From Octopus sinensis (taxonomy: Eukaryota): a DNA stretch of 64,000 nucleotides. Made by a program: the position numbers and the translations under genes. A model generated the notes under the pieces. It saw only the letters and a program-made list of their open reading frames with translations, was not told the DNA's origin and ran no database searches. Where the stretch lies: the NCBI RefSeq assembly GCF_006345805.1, contig NC_043010.1, forward strand, positions 46,066,001-46,130,000, in the 5' to 3' direction. Positions 38,405-50,598 of this stretch are shown here, piece by piece; within the stretch, counting starts at the first letter, position 1; every line of letters begins with the position of its first letter.

Positions 38405-38965
38405 TGGTACTCTGTCAGTTATAATGATGAGGGTTCCAGTTGATCTGATCAACAGAACAACCTGCTTGTAAAATTAATGTGCAAGTAGCTGAGCACACTA
38501 CAGACACAAATACCCATTTCTTTACTACCCACAAGGGGCTAAACACAGAGAGGACAAACAAGGACAGACAAATGGATTAAGTCGATTATATTGACCCCAG
38601 TGCGTAACTGGTACTTATTTAATCAACCTCCAAAGGATGAAAAGCAAAGTTGACCTCGGCAGAATTTGAACTCAGAACATAGCAGCAGATGAAATACCAC
38701 AAAGCATTTCACCCGGCGTGCTAACGTTTCTGCTAGCTCACCTACAGACACAAATACCTTTAACGTAGTACTCAGGGAGATGCAGTGTGACACAGAATGT
38801 GATGAGGCTGGTCCTTTGAATTACAGGTACTACTCATTTTTGCCAGCTGAGTGGACTGGGGCAACATAAAATAAAGTGTCTTGCTCAAGGACACAATGCA
38901 TCACTAGGAATTAAACTCATGATCACGAGCCAAATACCTTAACCACAGAGCCATGAGCCTTCACA
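38405..38965 (-). mobile_element. Family D SINE with nested family B SINE (38515-38741)
   Basis: 17-bp TSD CTACAGACACAAATACC at 38498-38514 and 38742-38758. Confidence 0.92.
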
Positions 38966-39349
38966 AAAGGTAGAATGGTCATGACTGGAATGCCTTTGAT
39001 TGTAGAGTTTCTCAATGATGGCTGTCTTAGAGTTAAACAATAAGTGCAAATATGACTATATATAGACAGCGCATAATAGTGATTTCAATTTTTCAGCTTT
39101 CAATTCCAGTATTTTATTGTAATTTCACTGGAAACCAGAACACATTTAAATGAGAATAATGCTCTGTAAATATGTCACCAGTTGCTTAGTAGTTCAAATG
39201 TGGAGCTATTTGAATAATAACAGAAGCAAACCTGTGAACATTTAATTGAATATTTATTGCCAGACATTAAAGATACTGGTGTTGGTTATTTACAATGCAG
39301 AACACAAGTATTTGCTGACTGGGAGAGAGAGGAAAACTGCATCATGTTA

Positions 39350-39699
39350 TTCTTTTATTCATTTGCCTGTGGCCATGCTGGAGCACTGCCTTGAATGATT
39401 TTAGCAGAACATGTCGACCCCAGGACTTATTTTTTAAGCCTAGTACTTATTATATCATTCTCTTTTGCCAAACTGCTAAGTTATGTGGATGTAAACAGAC
39501 CAATACTGTTTGTCAAGTGGTGATGGGGTTCAAACATAGACACAAAGACACACACACACATAGATACCAAATCCACTCACAAAGCTTTGGTTGGCCCAAG
39601 GCTATAGTAGAAGACATTTGCTGAAGAAGCCACACATTGATACTGAACCTGGAATCTTGTGGTTAGGAAGCAAGCTTCTTACCTCACAGTCACGCCTGT
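39350..39699 (-). mobile_element. Family A SINE (degenerate)
   Basis: Colinear with 6944-7357. Confidence 0.82.
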
Positions 39700-40140
39700 A
39701 GAAGTTACTTATGAGACATTGTGGGAATGTTCAGAATGGGTCTGAACCTGGAGTTGTCTGTGTAAATGTCTGGAACTATCAGTGATGGCAAAAGTGGAAG
39801 CGTATTTTGCTCAGCTGCCTTCAGTATTCATCAATTAATCAAGCAGTAAAACAGTCTTTTATAGGGTACAAGAAAGAACATTCTAGAAAACCACATCATG
39901 CCACAGCTTCTTGCTGACTGGTGGTTTAATAGACTAATCATGTGGCCATTCGTGGTGTCTGGTCAATTATCTAGTGGTTGAGATTTGAAACCATTGTTAC
40001 AAGCAGTCTACTTCCAGCTCTTTACATGAATTTAAGAAGAATGACACAAGAAAACAGCGAATTTATATAAAAATAGGCCAACAAAAGTGCAAAAAGAAAA
40101 ACGAAAAACCATGTGTTGAATACAGAATAAATATCAAAAG

Positions 40141-40604
40141 CTTTTATTTTGTTTCAGTCATTAGGGCAGCAAGCTGGCAGAAATGTTAGCATGCTGGGTA
40201 ACATGCTTAGCAGTATTTCATCTGCCGTTACAGTCTGAGTTCAAATTCTGCTGAGGTCGACTTCGCCTTTCATCCTTTTGGGGTCGATTAGATAAGTACA
40301 AGTTATGCACTGGGGTCAATGTAATCGACTTAATCCTGTTGTCTGTCCTTGTTTGTCTCCTCTATGTTTAGACCCGCGTGGGCAATAAAGAAATAAATTT
40401 TGTTTCATTCATGAGACTGTGGCTATGCTGGGGCACAGCCTCAAGGAATTTTTAGTCAAACTAATTGACTCCAGTACTGCTTTTTATTTTTTTAAAGCCT
40501 GGTACTTATTTTATCGATCTCTTTTGCTGAACTGCTAAGTTACAGAGACATAAACACAGCAACACCAATTGTTGAGTGGTGGTGGGGGACAAACACAAAT
40601 ACAA

Positions 40605-40640
<36 letters not shown>

Positions 40641-40752
40641 ACATACACACACATATACAATTGGATTCTTTCAGTTTCCATCTACCAAATCTACTTACAA
40701 GGCTTTGGTCAGCCCAAGGCTACAGTAGAAGACACTGTGCCACACAGTGGGT
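40141..40752. mobile_element. Family A SINE (-) with family B SINE (+, 40165-40396) inserted in its 3' end
   Basis: TSD ATTTTGTTTCAGTCATTAG (40146-40164) versus ATTTTGTTTCATTCATGAG (40397-40415). Confidence 0.85.
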
Positions 40753-41256
40753 GTACAATGATAAATTCATAAAATATGCAAAGTTCTGCAATTCTTTTTC
40801 TCTTTTTTACTTTTTGGTGAGATTGTAAAAGGAAAACATTTTTGTGTCTGTGTAGAAAAATGTGAGTCTGAATATATCAAGAATACAAAGCATTTATATG
40901 AAAAAGCGACAGTGTTTCTGCTGCAGAATTTTTCAATACCCTTGATGTGCTATATATCCCTAGTAAACTGTGAAATATAATCAAGGCGTTTGCTGTCTCT
41001 TGGGGTGTATTCATCCGTGTTGGATTATAGCGTGTAGGCTATTGGTTGAGAATTGGCTTACATGGGGAAGATTTTTCCTTCTCAGAAAAAGTGTTAGGTG
41101 GTTTTTTTTGACAAAGAAGATGCTGCTTTCCTGCATTTGAGTAGCTAATTTGAAAAACCATAGCTGAATGCAATGACTGAATTATTTGTTGAAGCCTTTT
41201 GGCCATGAGAATTTGAACATACAAAATAATGAGGGAATTGCCATTGTGCGAGTCTG

Positions 41257-41512
41257 TTTATGTATGTATGTATGTATGTATGTATGTATGTATGTATGTA
41301 TGCATGTATGTATGTATTTATGTATTTATGTATGTAGGCATGTATGTATGTATGTATGTATGTATGCATATATGCATGCATGTATGTATGTATGTATGTA
41401 TGTATATATGCATGTATGTATGTATGTATGTATGTATGTATGCATCTATGTATGTATGTATGTATTTATGTATGTATGTATGTAAGTATATATGTATGTA
41501 TGTATGTATGTA
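41257..41512. repeat. (TATG)n array
   Basis: Direct reading. Confidence 0.95.
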
Positions 41513-41582
41513 CATATAGATAAAAGCAGTAATATATCTCTGAGCAAGGTATAAACAGTAGCTGCACGACATTGTGAAGTAT

Positions 41583-41950
41583 ATGTGGATAACACTTAAG
41601 GGTTAATGCTATTGTAGCATGTATCCCCAGGAAAACATCTCCTCCAGCTGGCTATTGACACACTTTCTGTGCCCTATCAATATGTGCAAAGAGTAGTCAT
41701 CCTTCCCATTTCCAACCTGACATGATACACACAGACCTGAGTTTCTGGGTATTGACCCATCATCAGCTTGTGACAACCATTGGCTGGCGATCTCGGATCC
41801 ATGTGTATCACGTGAGGTTGAAGATGGGGAGGATGACTTCCTTTTGCAAATATTGATAGGGCACAGAAAGTGTGTCAATAACCAGATGGAGGGGATGTCT
41901 TCCTGGGGCTACAAGCTACAGTAGCATCAACCCTTAAGGTTTAGCCACAT
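41583..41950. repeat. Fold-back element: 159-bp inverted arms with 50-nt spacer
   Basis: 41583-41741 versus the reverse complement of 41792-41950: gap-free, about 24 mismatches by manual count, including a 31-bp perfect block. Confidence 0.95.
41730..41772 (-). ncRNA. Type I hammerhead ribozyme motif in the loop of the fold-back
   Basis: Minus: CACAAG CTGATGA TGGGT CAAT ACCCA GAAA C TCAG G TC TGTG. Intact CUGAUGA/GAAA core, perfect 5-bp stem II with tetraloop, minimal stem III, GUC triplet. Stem I is imperfect (CACA/TGTG with an AG bulge). Confidence 0.75.
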
Positions 41951-41997
41951 TTAGGTGACAAATATACTTCACCATATAGATATAGATATACATATAT

Positions 41998-42028
<31 letters not shown>

Positions 42029-42142
42029 CACGTGATCATGTGACTAACCAGACCATCAGATGTTGCAACACATCGCTGGTCACAATGCGTTCGCATTGTT
42101 TTAGCCTTCGAATGACGCCACCCCGCTGGCTAAGCAAGCAGG

Positions 42143-42202
<60 letters not shown>

Positions 42203-42589
42203 TATATACATATATATACATATGCCCGCAGTCAAATGACTGAAACAAGTAAAAAAATAAAAGAATATATATGTATGTATACATATATGCATACATATAT
42301 GTGTGTGTATGTGTGTGTGTGTGTGTGTATGTGTGTGTATAGCATATATATATACACATAACTGTGTGGTTAAGAAGGCATTTATACTGTGACCATCTTG
42401 TTTCTTATTGAGACAGTATATCTAGGATTTCATTATCCAATATGTCCTTCCTTTATTAAAATGGTAGGGAGATTTGGCTGCTATTTTTAAGAGATTATGA
42501 GACTATATAGATAACCATCATTAGATCCATAAAACACATGTTTTATATGACAACATGTTGCCCTAAATTTTGGTATGGATATACATTGC

Positions 42590-42907
42590 ACTCTGTTATG
42601 ATAATGAGTGTTCCACTTGATCTGTTCAATGGAACAGTCTGTTCATAAAATCAATGTGCAAATAGCTGAGCACTCCACAACAAACAAGCATACCTTTAAC
42701 ATGGTTCTCAGAAAGATTCAGTGGGATATACAATGTGACAAGGCTGGCCCTTTGAATTACAGATGCAATTCATTTTTGCCAGCTGAGTGAACTGAAGCAA
42801 TGTTAAATAAAGTATCTTGCTCAAGGACACAACACACTACCAGGAATTGAACTCATGACCTTACAATCATGAGCCAAAACTCTAACCATTAAGCCATGCA
42901 CCTTCAC
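42590..42907 (-). mobile_element. Family D SINE
   Basis: Colinear with 9950-10265. Confidence 0.87.
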
Positions 42908-43280
42908 ATATAAGCACCAATGAGTGGAGAATAAGCCAAGTCTGCAATACACGGATTTCAGATACTTTTGAAGATATTCTGTTGTAATACAACAGTTGAG
43001 TGAAGGTAACAGAAATATCAATGATGAGATATCTTGCTAGTGTTTAAGCAATATTAGCATTTGTCCTATAATGACTTCAATTATAATTCCATTCACATTC
43101 AGGATGTGTTACAGGGATACAGTTCAATACAATATTTGACTGGTACTTTATTTTATCGACAGCAGACAAATAGAAACAAAATTCAAGTCACTAACATTAG
43201 ATGTTCTAACATTTCTACCAGCCTGAGTCTTAGCTTAATTTCTCCAAGAGTTATGTAATAGTGCTAAAGTGTTATATAAT

Positions 43281-43499
43281 TCTTTATTTTGGTACAAGGC
43301 TAACAATTTTTTCAGGGGAGGATAGAAAGTTAATTACATTGACTCCAATATTTGACTAGTACTTTATCTTATTGACCCTGGAGGGATGAAATACAAAGCT
43401 GACTCCAGTGAGATCTGAAATCGGAATATAGAGATCCAAAAGAAATGTCACAATACTTTTTGTCCAACCCATTAATGATTTTGCAAGCTTACCACCTTA
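43281..43499 (-). mobile_element. Family B SINE (short tail type), old copy with TSD
   Basis: TSD TAAAGTGT(T/A)ATATAAT at 43265-43280 and 43500-43515. Confidence 0.8.
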
Positions 43500-43607
43500 T
43501 AAAGTGTAATATAATGATTATGTAACAGAGGAAGTCTTCTTTATGAATTGGAAAATAGTTTATTTGTTACATTAATAAGAAAGTGCCACCTCTAGTCAAA
43601 CAATTAT

Positions 43608-43652
43608 TCTGTGCTGATGAAGAGAAATAACCTGGAAATCGTGATACACAGA
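43608..43652 (+). ncRNA. Type I hammerhead ribozyme-like motif
   Basis: TCTGTG CTGATGA AGAGAAATAACCTG GAAA TC GT GA TA CACAGA. Perfect 6-bp stem I, intact core, near-palindromic stem III (ATCGTGAT), AUA triplet. Stem II is eroded. Confidence 0.7.
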
Positions 43653-44681
43653 TATTGTTTTGAGCTGAGTTGGGGTGCTAGATTCCCTTGTTCGAAAATA
43701 TAAGGACACAGATCATGTCATATAGCCAGCTGAAGACAATGTTTCCTGGTGCTAAATTACAGCAACATTCGTCCTAAACCAGGATTGCCATGTTATGTTG
43801 GCAAACAATCTTTACTACAAAGTACTGTTGCTGAATATCTCACATTGCAAGATTTAAAAATAGTAATTTTCTTATAGGAAAGATATTCATACAATACAAT
43901 TAATGGAAACTTTCAGATGAAGAAGCTTGATATGACACATACAGAAAGTCTTTGTTAGAAACTCGACATTTGGGCTAATTTTTACAAATTAAATACATAC
44001 ATATTCAGGTATCATAATGTGTCTTCTTCAGTCATTCCAGGTTGAATATGCAGCTGTGAAAACAGAATGTTAGGAGAGTGTATGCCAACTTGACCCAAGA
44101 TACTCTGAATTTTTGGTGCTCAACTTGGCTGTATTAAATGGTTAATATTTCCTTCAAACTTTGCTTTTGCTATATTCATTCAAATTCCAAAGAATCCCTC
44201 TCAACACATGGCTATGATGCTCTCCCACTACTTACAATCAGAAATGAACATATTGTCAGCCACTAAGAGACATGATCAAGTGGTAAAGGTCAAGCAACTG
44301 ACAAGCAAATCTGTGGTATTGAGCAGAATATTTGCTATGATGATATTTCTGCTTTAGCAACTCAGCACTGAATCTGTCTGAAATGTAATGGGATATAGGT
44401 CAATTTCAAAACATTGATGTCCACATCACAAATGCAAAGTTTGAAGGCAATAGTAGTCATTTCCTTTGATTTCTAGATAGAAGCAAATAGAAAATAATAC
44501 TTACAGATCATAAACAAAAGAAAAAAATTTATTACTACATAATTAGAATAAATTCCAAGAAGTCAACCAGTATGTTGACAACGTTTTTGCCATGTGACTT
44601 GTTTGACAGTTTCATTTATTCACTAGAAAAATATTATCCACCTCAACATTTTCCCACCCTCTCAACTATAATAATATGAAG

Positions 44682-44930
44682 GTTACGGGGACGTAAACAC
44701 ACCAGCATCGGTTGTCAAGCAATGCTAGGGGGACAAACACACACACAAACACACACATACATATATACGACAGGCTTCTTTCAGCTTCCGTCTACCAAAT
44801 CCACTCACAAGGCATTGGTCGGCCCGGGGCTATAGCAGAAGACACTTGCCCAAGATGCCACGCAGTGGGACTGAACCTGGAACCATGTGGTTGGTTAGCA
44901 AGCTACTTACCACACAGCCATTCCTGCGCC
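44682..44930 (-). mobile_element. Family A SINE lacking its 3' end (young)
   Basis: Near-identical to 7093-7357 apart from microsatellite length. Confidence 0.9.
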
Positions 44931-45807
44931 TAATGTGTACACTTTTTTAAAAAGTTCTTTGAAAGAGATTTATTTCCATTTCTAACAAGGTGAGTAGTAG
45001 TAGTAGTAGTAGTAGTAAGTAGTAGTAGTAGCAGCAGCAGCAGCACTTTTTGGATTTTTTCCATGTTGTTAAATGTATTTTAACTGAGGAAAACACGCAT
45101 ACACACATGCACATTTTCACACACAAACTCACACACATAATACATTTTTCACAAACACACACACACACATACACATTTTCACACACATTCACAGATTCAC
45201 CCATTTTGTTTTTAAAAAAGGAGAATGGCTTAATTTTATTTCCCTTTTAGCATGGTTAACGCCAGTTTTGGCTTCCATTTTCCAAAGCCTAAAGTAATGT
45301 TTGTAGTAGTAGTAGTAGTAATATTAAGTTAGAAGTTTCTTTTTCTTTTCTGTTTTTTTTTTTAAAAAAGAAGCTGTTAAATATATTTAAACTTAGCTTC
45401 AGGAAAAAAAAAAATCTTGTACAGAAACCAAATCTGCAAGTAATATACAAAACAGTATATATAAGCAGTAATGTACAAAAAATTTTGACTTAATTATTTT
45501 TCCATTTTAATAATCAAAATTAAAATTACAAAAATATTTAATTAATACAGTTATCTTTTGCTGATGTGAGGTAAATTTTTATAAGTTCAAATTTAAAAAA
45601 AAATATGATTACCTACAAATGAGATGTGAATATGATAACCTACTTACCAAGCAACCTACTTTACATATGTGCAAACTTACAAAGAGGCTTCTACCTGGCT
45701 GCTAAATCATTATGAAATAGCAGCCAAATCTCACCCCAAATCATACTCTAATGTCTGAAATAAAGAAGGACTAGATAATATGGTTTGCGAGCTAAATAAA
45801 TTTGTAT

Positions 45808-46165
45808 GAGCAGGCATGGCTGCATTGTAAGAAGCTTGCTTCCCAACCATATGGTTCTGGGTTCAGTCCCACTGCGGGGCACCTTGGGACTTGGGCAAGT
45901 GGATTTGGTAGATGAAAACTGAAAAGACACCCATCGTATATATATTTATAAGTGTGTGCGTGTGTGTGTGTGTGTGTTTTTCCCCACCACCACTTGATAG
46001 CTAGTTTTGGTGTGTTTTTGTCCCTGTGACTTAGCAGTTTGGCCAAAGAAATTAATAAAATAAGTACCAGGCCTAAAAATAGAAAAATACTGGGGTCATT
46101 TCACTCAACTAAAAATCATTCAAGGTGGTGGCCCAGCATGGCTGCAAAAGATAAAAGCTAAAAGA
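45808..46165 (+). mobile_element. Family A SINE (degenerate, internal deletion)
   Basis: GGTTCAGTCCCACTGCGGGGCACCTTGGG head and CAGCATGGCTGCA...AAAAGATAAAAG tail. Confidence 0.8.
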
Positions 46166-46306
46166 TACCTTGGGGAGAAGAAAAGGCTGAAGTTTCTGAA
46201 GAAGCTGTCCTTTCATATGATTCCTTCTATTTTCAAAAGTATATGAACTTATCCAAACTTATAAGACTTATGGTATAATCAGAGACTACATTGAACCAAA
46301 TAATTG

Positions 46307-46535
46307 TTAACTTTTTGTTACCACATTTCTTTTGAAATACACTGCTTTCATTTCAGTTAATTTGAGAAATTATAAAGAATTTAGTAAAATACTGAATCAT
46401 TATTAAGCTGGTGTTTGGGCTATGAATTAACATGAAATTTTGATGGAAGGTTTTAATTTTGGATTACTTTAAAGCAAGAAGATTGTACCATAGAGCAAGG
46501 GGCATTTTCAGGCAGGTTGGTATCAGAAGGGTTTA
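46307..46535 (+). mobile_element. piggyBac-like MITE, family P1
   Basis: TTAAC..TTTGTTACC...GGTATCAGAAGGGTTTA; internal similarity to 57843-58069. Confidence 0.75.
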
Positions 46536-46537
46536 TT

Positions 46538-47228
46538 CAGGGTGTCTGAAAGTCACTGAGTTTCAATTTTTAATAGCTTCTTTAACTTTACAAATATTGC
46601 ATGAAATTTTGATTCAATATAAAGAACATAATGGAAATTAATATGCATAAGTCAAATTTTGCAAAAACTACATCAAAGAGGAAAAATGACGTTGGTTAAA
46701 TGGCAGCCATTTTTGGCTTCGCACGCCTGTGCTCTTTCTAAAACTTGCACCATAAAACCCTCAAGAGTCTCAGACCCTACTTCTCTGATTTTTATATTGA
46801 TGTTCTCCTTCAGTTGCACCAGGGTCTCCAGTCTGTTGACGTAAACCCTCTCTTTCAGGTACCCCCACAAGAAAAAATCTGGGCTAGTCAAGTCTGGGGA
46901 ACGTGAAGGCCAGTTGACATTTCCGTAACAGGAGATTATTCTCTCCAAAGCACTGCCATAGCAACTGTATTGTCTCTCTTGTTGTATGAGCAGTTGCCCC
47001 TTTTTGCTGGAATCATGTGTGAAGTTTACTTCTTATGGCCTTCATGTTCCCCAGACTTGACTAGTAATGTCATTTTTCATATGTGATGTAGCGGTGTTGC
47101 AAAATTTGACTTGTGCATATAAATTTCCATTACATCCTTTATATTGTATCAAAATTTCATGCATTTATTTGTAAAGTTAAGGAAGCTATTAGAAATTGAA
47201 ACCCATTATTGACTTTTGAGACACCCTG
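46538..47228 (-). mobile_element. Non-autonomous Tc1/mariner-superfamily element with ~140-bp TIRs and transposase C-terminus
   Basis: TIRs 46538-46674 and 47085-47228 (CAGGGTGTCT...), with TA on the right flank. '*FQQKGATAHT' and 'WPSRSPDLTSPDFFLWGYLKERVY' on the minus strand. Confidence 0.9.
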
Positions 47229-47234
47229 TATAAG

Positions 47235-47970
47235 TGCAGGCATAGCTATGTGGTAAGAAGTTTGCTTTCCAACCACATGGTTCCAAGTTAAGTCCCACTG
47301 CATGGTGCTTTTGACAAGTGTCTTTTACTATAGCCTTGGGCTAACCAAAGCCTTGTTAGTGGATGTGGTAGAGAGAAACTGAAAGAAGCCCATTATGTGT
47401 GTGTATGTATGTGTGTGTTAGTGTGTGCATGTGTATGTGTTTTTGTATCTGTGTTTGTCTCCTATCACTGCATGACAACCGGTGTTGGTGTGTTTATGTT
47501 CCTGTAACTTAGCAAAAATAGAGACCCATAGAATAAGTTGTTGTTTGTTCCTTCTCAAGCCATGCCTGGCTCATAGGGCCGGTTTCCCGGTTTCCTTGGC
47601 ATATAGGTTCCCCACCTGGACAGGATGCCAGTCCGTCGCAGGTGAGCTGTAAGATGCAGGAGGAAAGGGGCAGTGAGAGAAAGTTGTAGCAAAAGAGTCA
47701 GCAGAAGTTCACCATTACCTTCTGCTGGAGCCACATGGAGCTTAGGTGCTTTGCTCATAAACACACACATCGCCCGATCTGAGATTCGAACCTGCGATCC
47801 CTCGACCACGAGTCCACTGCTCTGACCACTAGGCCATGTGCCTCCACAATAGATTAAGTAGAAGGCTTAAAAAAGAAAGTATTGCGGTCAATACATTGGA
47901 CTAAAATTCTATAAGGTGTTGCTCCAGCAAGGCCACAGTTTAATGACTGAAATAATTCAAAGAGAAAAGA
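47235..47970. mobile_element. Family A SINE (+) with nested family C-type SINE (-, 47539-47848)
   Basis: TSD ATAGA(A/T)TAAGT at 47528-47538 and 47849-47859. Nested head GTGGAGGCACATGGCCTAGTGGTCAGAGC...GGTTCGAATCTC. Confidence 0.88.
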
Positions 47971-48136
47971 CACAAACAACAGGATGTTCATAAGTAGAAG
48001 GGAATATACAGCAGCAAATTTATTTTGAACCAACAAAAGAAGGCCTGCACAAGCACTTGACTGGCTAGATATAACAGCCAAATTTCCATCAAATCACACC
48101 TTATTAGGAAAGAACATTAAAAAATGTAGTCCTTTC

Positions 48137-48562
48137 TGTGTGTGTGGTATTTCTGTGTGTATGTGTGTGTGTGTTTCTGTGCATATGTGTGCTTGTTCGT
48201 GTATGTGTGCTTCTGTGTGTGTGTGCTTGTTCATGTGTGTGTGCTTGTTCATGTGTGTGTATGTGTGTGTGTGTGTGCTTGTTCGTGTGTGTGTGTTTCT
48301 GTGTGTATGTGTGTGCGCATGTGTGTTTTTGTGTGTGTGTGTGTGTATGTGTGCTTGTTCATGTGTGTGTGTTTATGTATATGTGAATCTGTGTGCATGT
48401 CTGTGTGTATGCATATGCATGCTTGAATGTATAACCATGCATGTATGCATATTTGCTAATATGTGAGCATGAATGTATGCAGGTATGTATGTATGTTTGT
48501 ATGTATGTATGTATGTTTGTATGTATGTATGTATGTATGTATGTATATATGTATGTATGTAC
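48137..48562. repeat. (TG)n-derived minisatellite with GCTTGTTC units, followed by (TATG)n
   Basis: Direct reading. Confidence 0.85.
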
Positions 48563-48734
48563 GTATAAAAATCTACTATGAATGCGGCTGAAGGGGAACT
48601 TCTAAAATAATTGTGATTTCCAATCCTTGGCTTGCAGCTTTGTTTAAATAAGAACTATTATTAAGATCATTATTACAACAAGGAGGTGGTGACTAACAAC
48701 AACAGCGGTGATTATAATAATCCTAATTTTAGCT

Positions 48735-49039
48735 CTGTGAAGGAGCATGGCTCAGTGGTTAGAGCGTTGAGTTTACAATCATGAGGTTGTGAGTTCAAAT
48801 CCTGGACCAGGCTGCATGGTGTGTTCTTGAGCAAGACACTTTATTTCACGTTGTTCCAATTCACTCTGCTGTAGAAATGAGTTGCGACGTCACAGGTACC
48901 AAGATGTATCTGCTGTTGCCTTTCCCTTGGATAACACTAGTGGCGTGGAGAGGGGAGGCCGAACCTTGCCCGGACTTGTGCCTGGGAGGGTAACTTTCTA
49001 GGTGCAATCCCACGGTCAGTCATGACTGAAGGGGGTCTC
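48735..49039 (+). mobile_element. Family D-head SINE with a distinct 3' module and 10-bp TSD
   Basis: Head GTGAAGGAGCATGGCTCAGTGGTTAGAGCG...GAGTTCAAATCC; TSD AATTTTAGCT at 48725-48734 and 49040-49049. Confidence 0.85.
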
Positions 49040-49090
49040 AATTTTAGCTTTATAACAGATAATTTGAACAGATTTTCTAAGCTAATAACT

Positions 49091-49300
49091 TATTCTTTTA
49101 TTCTTTTATTTATTTCAGTCATTTGATTGTAGCCATGCTGGAGCGTCACCTTTAGTCAAACAAATCAACCCCAGGACTTATTCTTAGTAAGCCTAGTACT
49201 TGTTTTATTGGTCTTTTTTGCTGAACCATTAAGTTACGGGTACATGATACTCCAACATCAGTTATCAAGCAATGGTGGGAGGACAAACACAGACGCACAA

Positions 49301-49331
<31 letters not shown>

Positions 49332-49334
49332 TGC

Positions 49335-49397
<63 letters not shown>

Positions 49398-49555
49398 ATA
49401 TACAATGGGCTTCTTTCAGTTTCCTTCTACAAAATCCACTCATAAAGCTTTGGTCAGCCCAAGGCTATAGTAGAAGACACTCGCCCAAGGTGCCATACAG
49501 TGAGACTGAATCCAGAACTATGTGGCTGATAAGCAAGCAATTTTCCACACAACCA
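49091..49555 (-). mobile_element. Family A SINE
   Basis: Colinear with 6944-7357. Confidence 0.85.
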
Positions 49556-49729
49556 TTATTATTACTCATCATGTGATCCTGGACAAAATCTTTCCTGGGT
49601 CAACAAATCTAGGACACTGAAGTTTGTTTTACTAATTATTTTATTTACAGCAGCAAATTTCCCTCAAAGCTCATAATACTATCTTAGGAAACAAATGGAT
49701 ACATTAGAGAATTTAGTCCTAGAGTTGCA

Positions 49730-50330
49730 AGAGTGGCTTTATGGTAAGAATCTTGTGCCTCAACCACATGGTTCTGTGACATCTTGAGCAAGTGAGTAGA
49801 CTTGGTGGACAGAAACTAATAGAAGCTTGTCATATATATAGATATATGAATATGTAAGTGTGTGTGTGTGTATTTGTTATTTCTTTATTGCCCACAAGGG
49901 GCTAAACATAGAGGGGACAAACAAGGACAGACAAAGGGATTAAGTCGATTACATCAATCCCAGTGCATAACTGGTACTTAATTTATCGACCCCAAAAGAA
50001 TGAAAGGCAAAGTCAACCTCGGTGGAATTTGAACTCAGAACATAAAGACAGACGAAATACCGCTAAGCATTTCACCCGGCATGTTAACATTTCTGCCAGC
50101 TCGCCATGTGTGTGTGTTTGTGTCTGTGTTTGTTCCCCACCACTGCTTGACAACAGGTGTTGGTGTGTTTACGTCCCTATAACTTAGTGGTTTGGCAAAA
50201 AGAACCAATAAAATAAGTACCAGGCTTTAAAAAATAAGTACTGAAGTTGATTCACTTAACTAAAAAAACTTCTCCAAGGTAGTGCCTCAGAATGGCTGCA
50301 GTCTAATGACTGAAAAACAAGCAAAAGATA
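49730..50330. mobile_element. Family A SINE (+) with family B SINE (-, 49878-50105) inserted in its internal microsatellite
   Basis: Family A sequence resumes at 50107; (TG)nT(A/G)TTTGT on both sides. Confidence 0.85.
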
Positions 50331-50416
50331 CTTAGAAAAACTGGGTTTGTAGCAATCAGAGCATTTTTTATCATAGGTTTTCTTGACCAATAGCGATCTA
50401 GAAGCAAACAACAAAC

Positions 50417-50598
50417 TTAACCCTTTTACATTTAAACTGGCTATATCCAGGCCAAATATTCCACTTGTTTTACATTCAGACTGGCAATATCCAGCCTCTC
50501 ACACCTGCCCTACAATGTTATTCTGAAAATAAACAATCTCATCATTGAAATCTCAAAGCCACAAGATAACGCAGGATTGACAATTGCTAAAGGGTTCA
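50417..50598 (+). mobile_element. piggyBac-like MITE, family P2
   Basis: TTAACCCTTT...TGCTAAAGGGTTCA. Confidence 0.75.
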
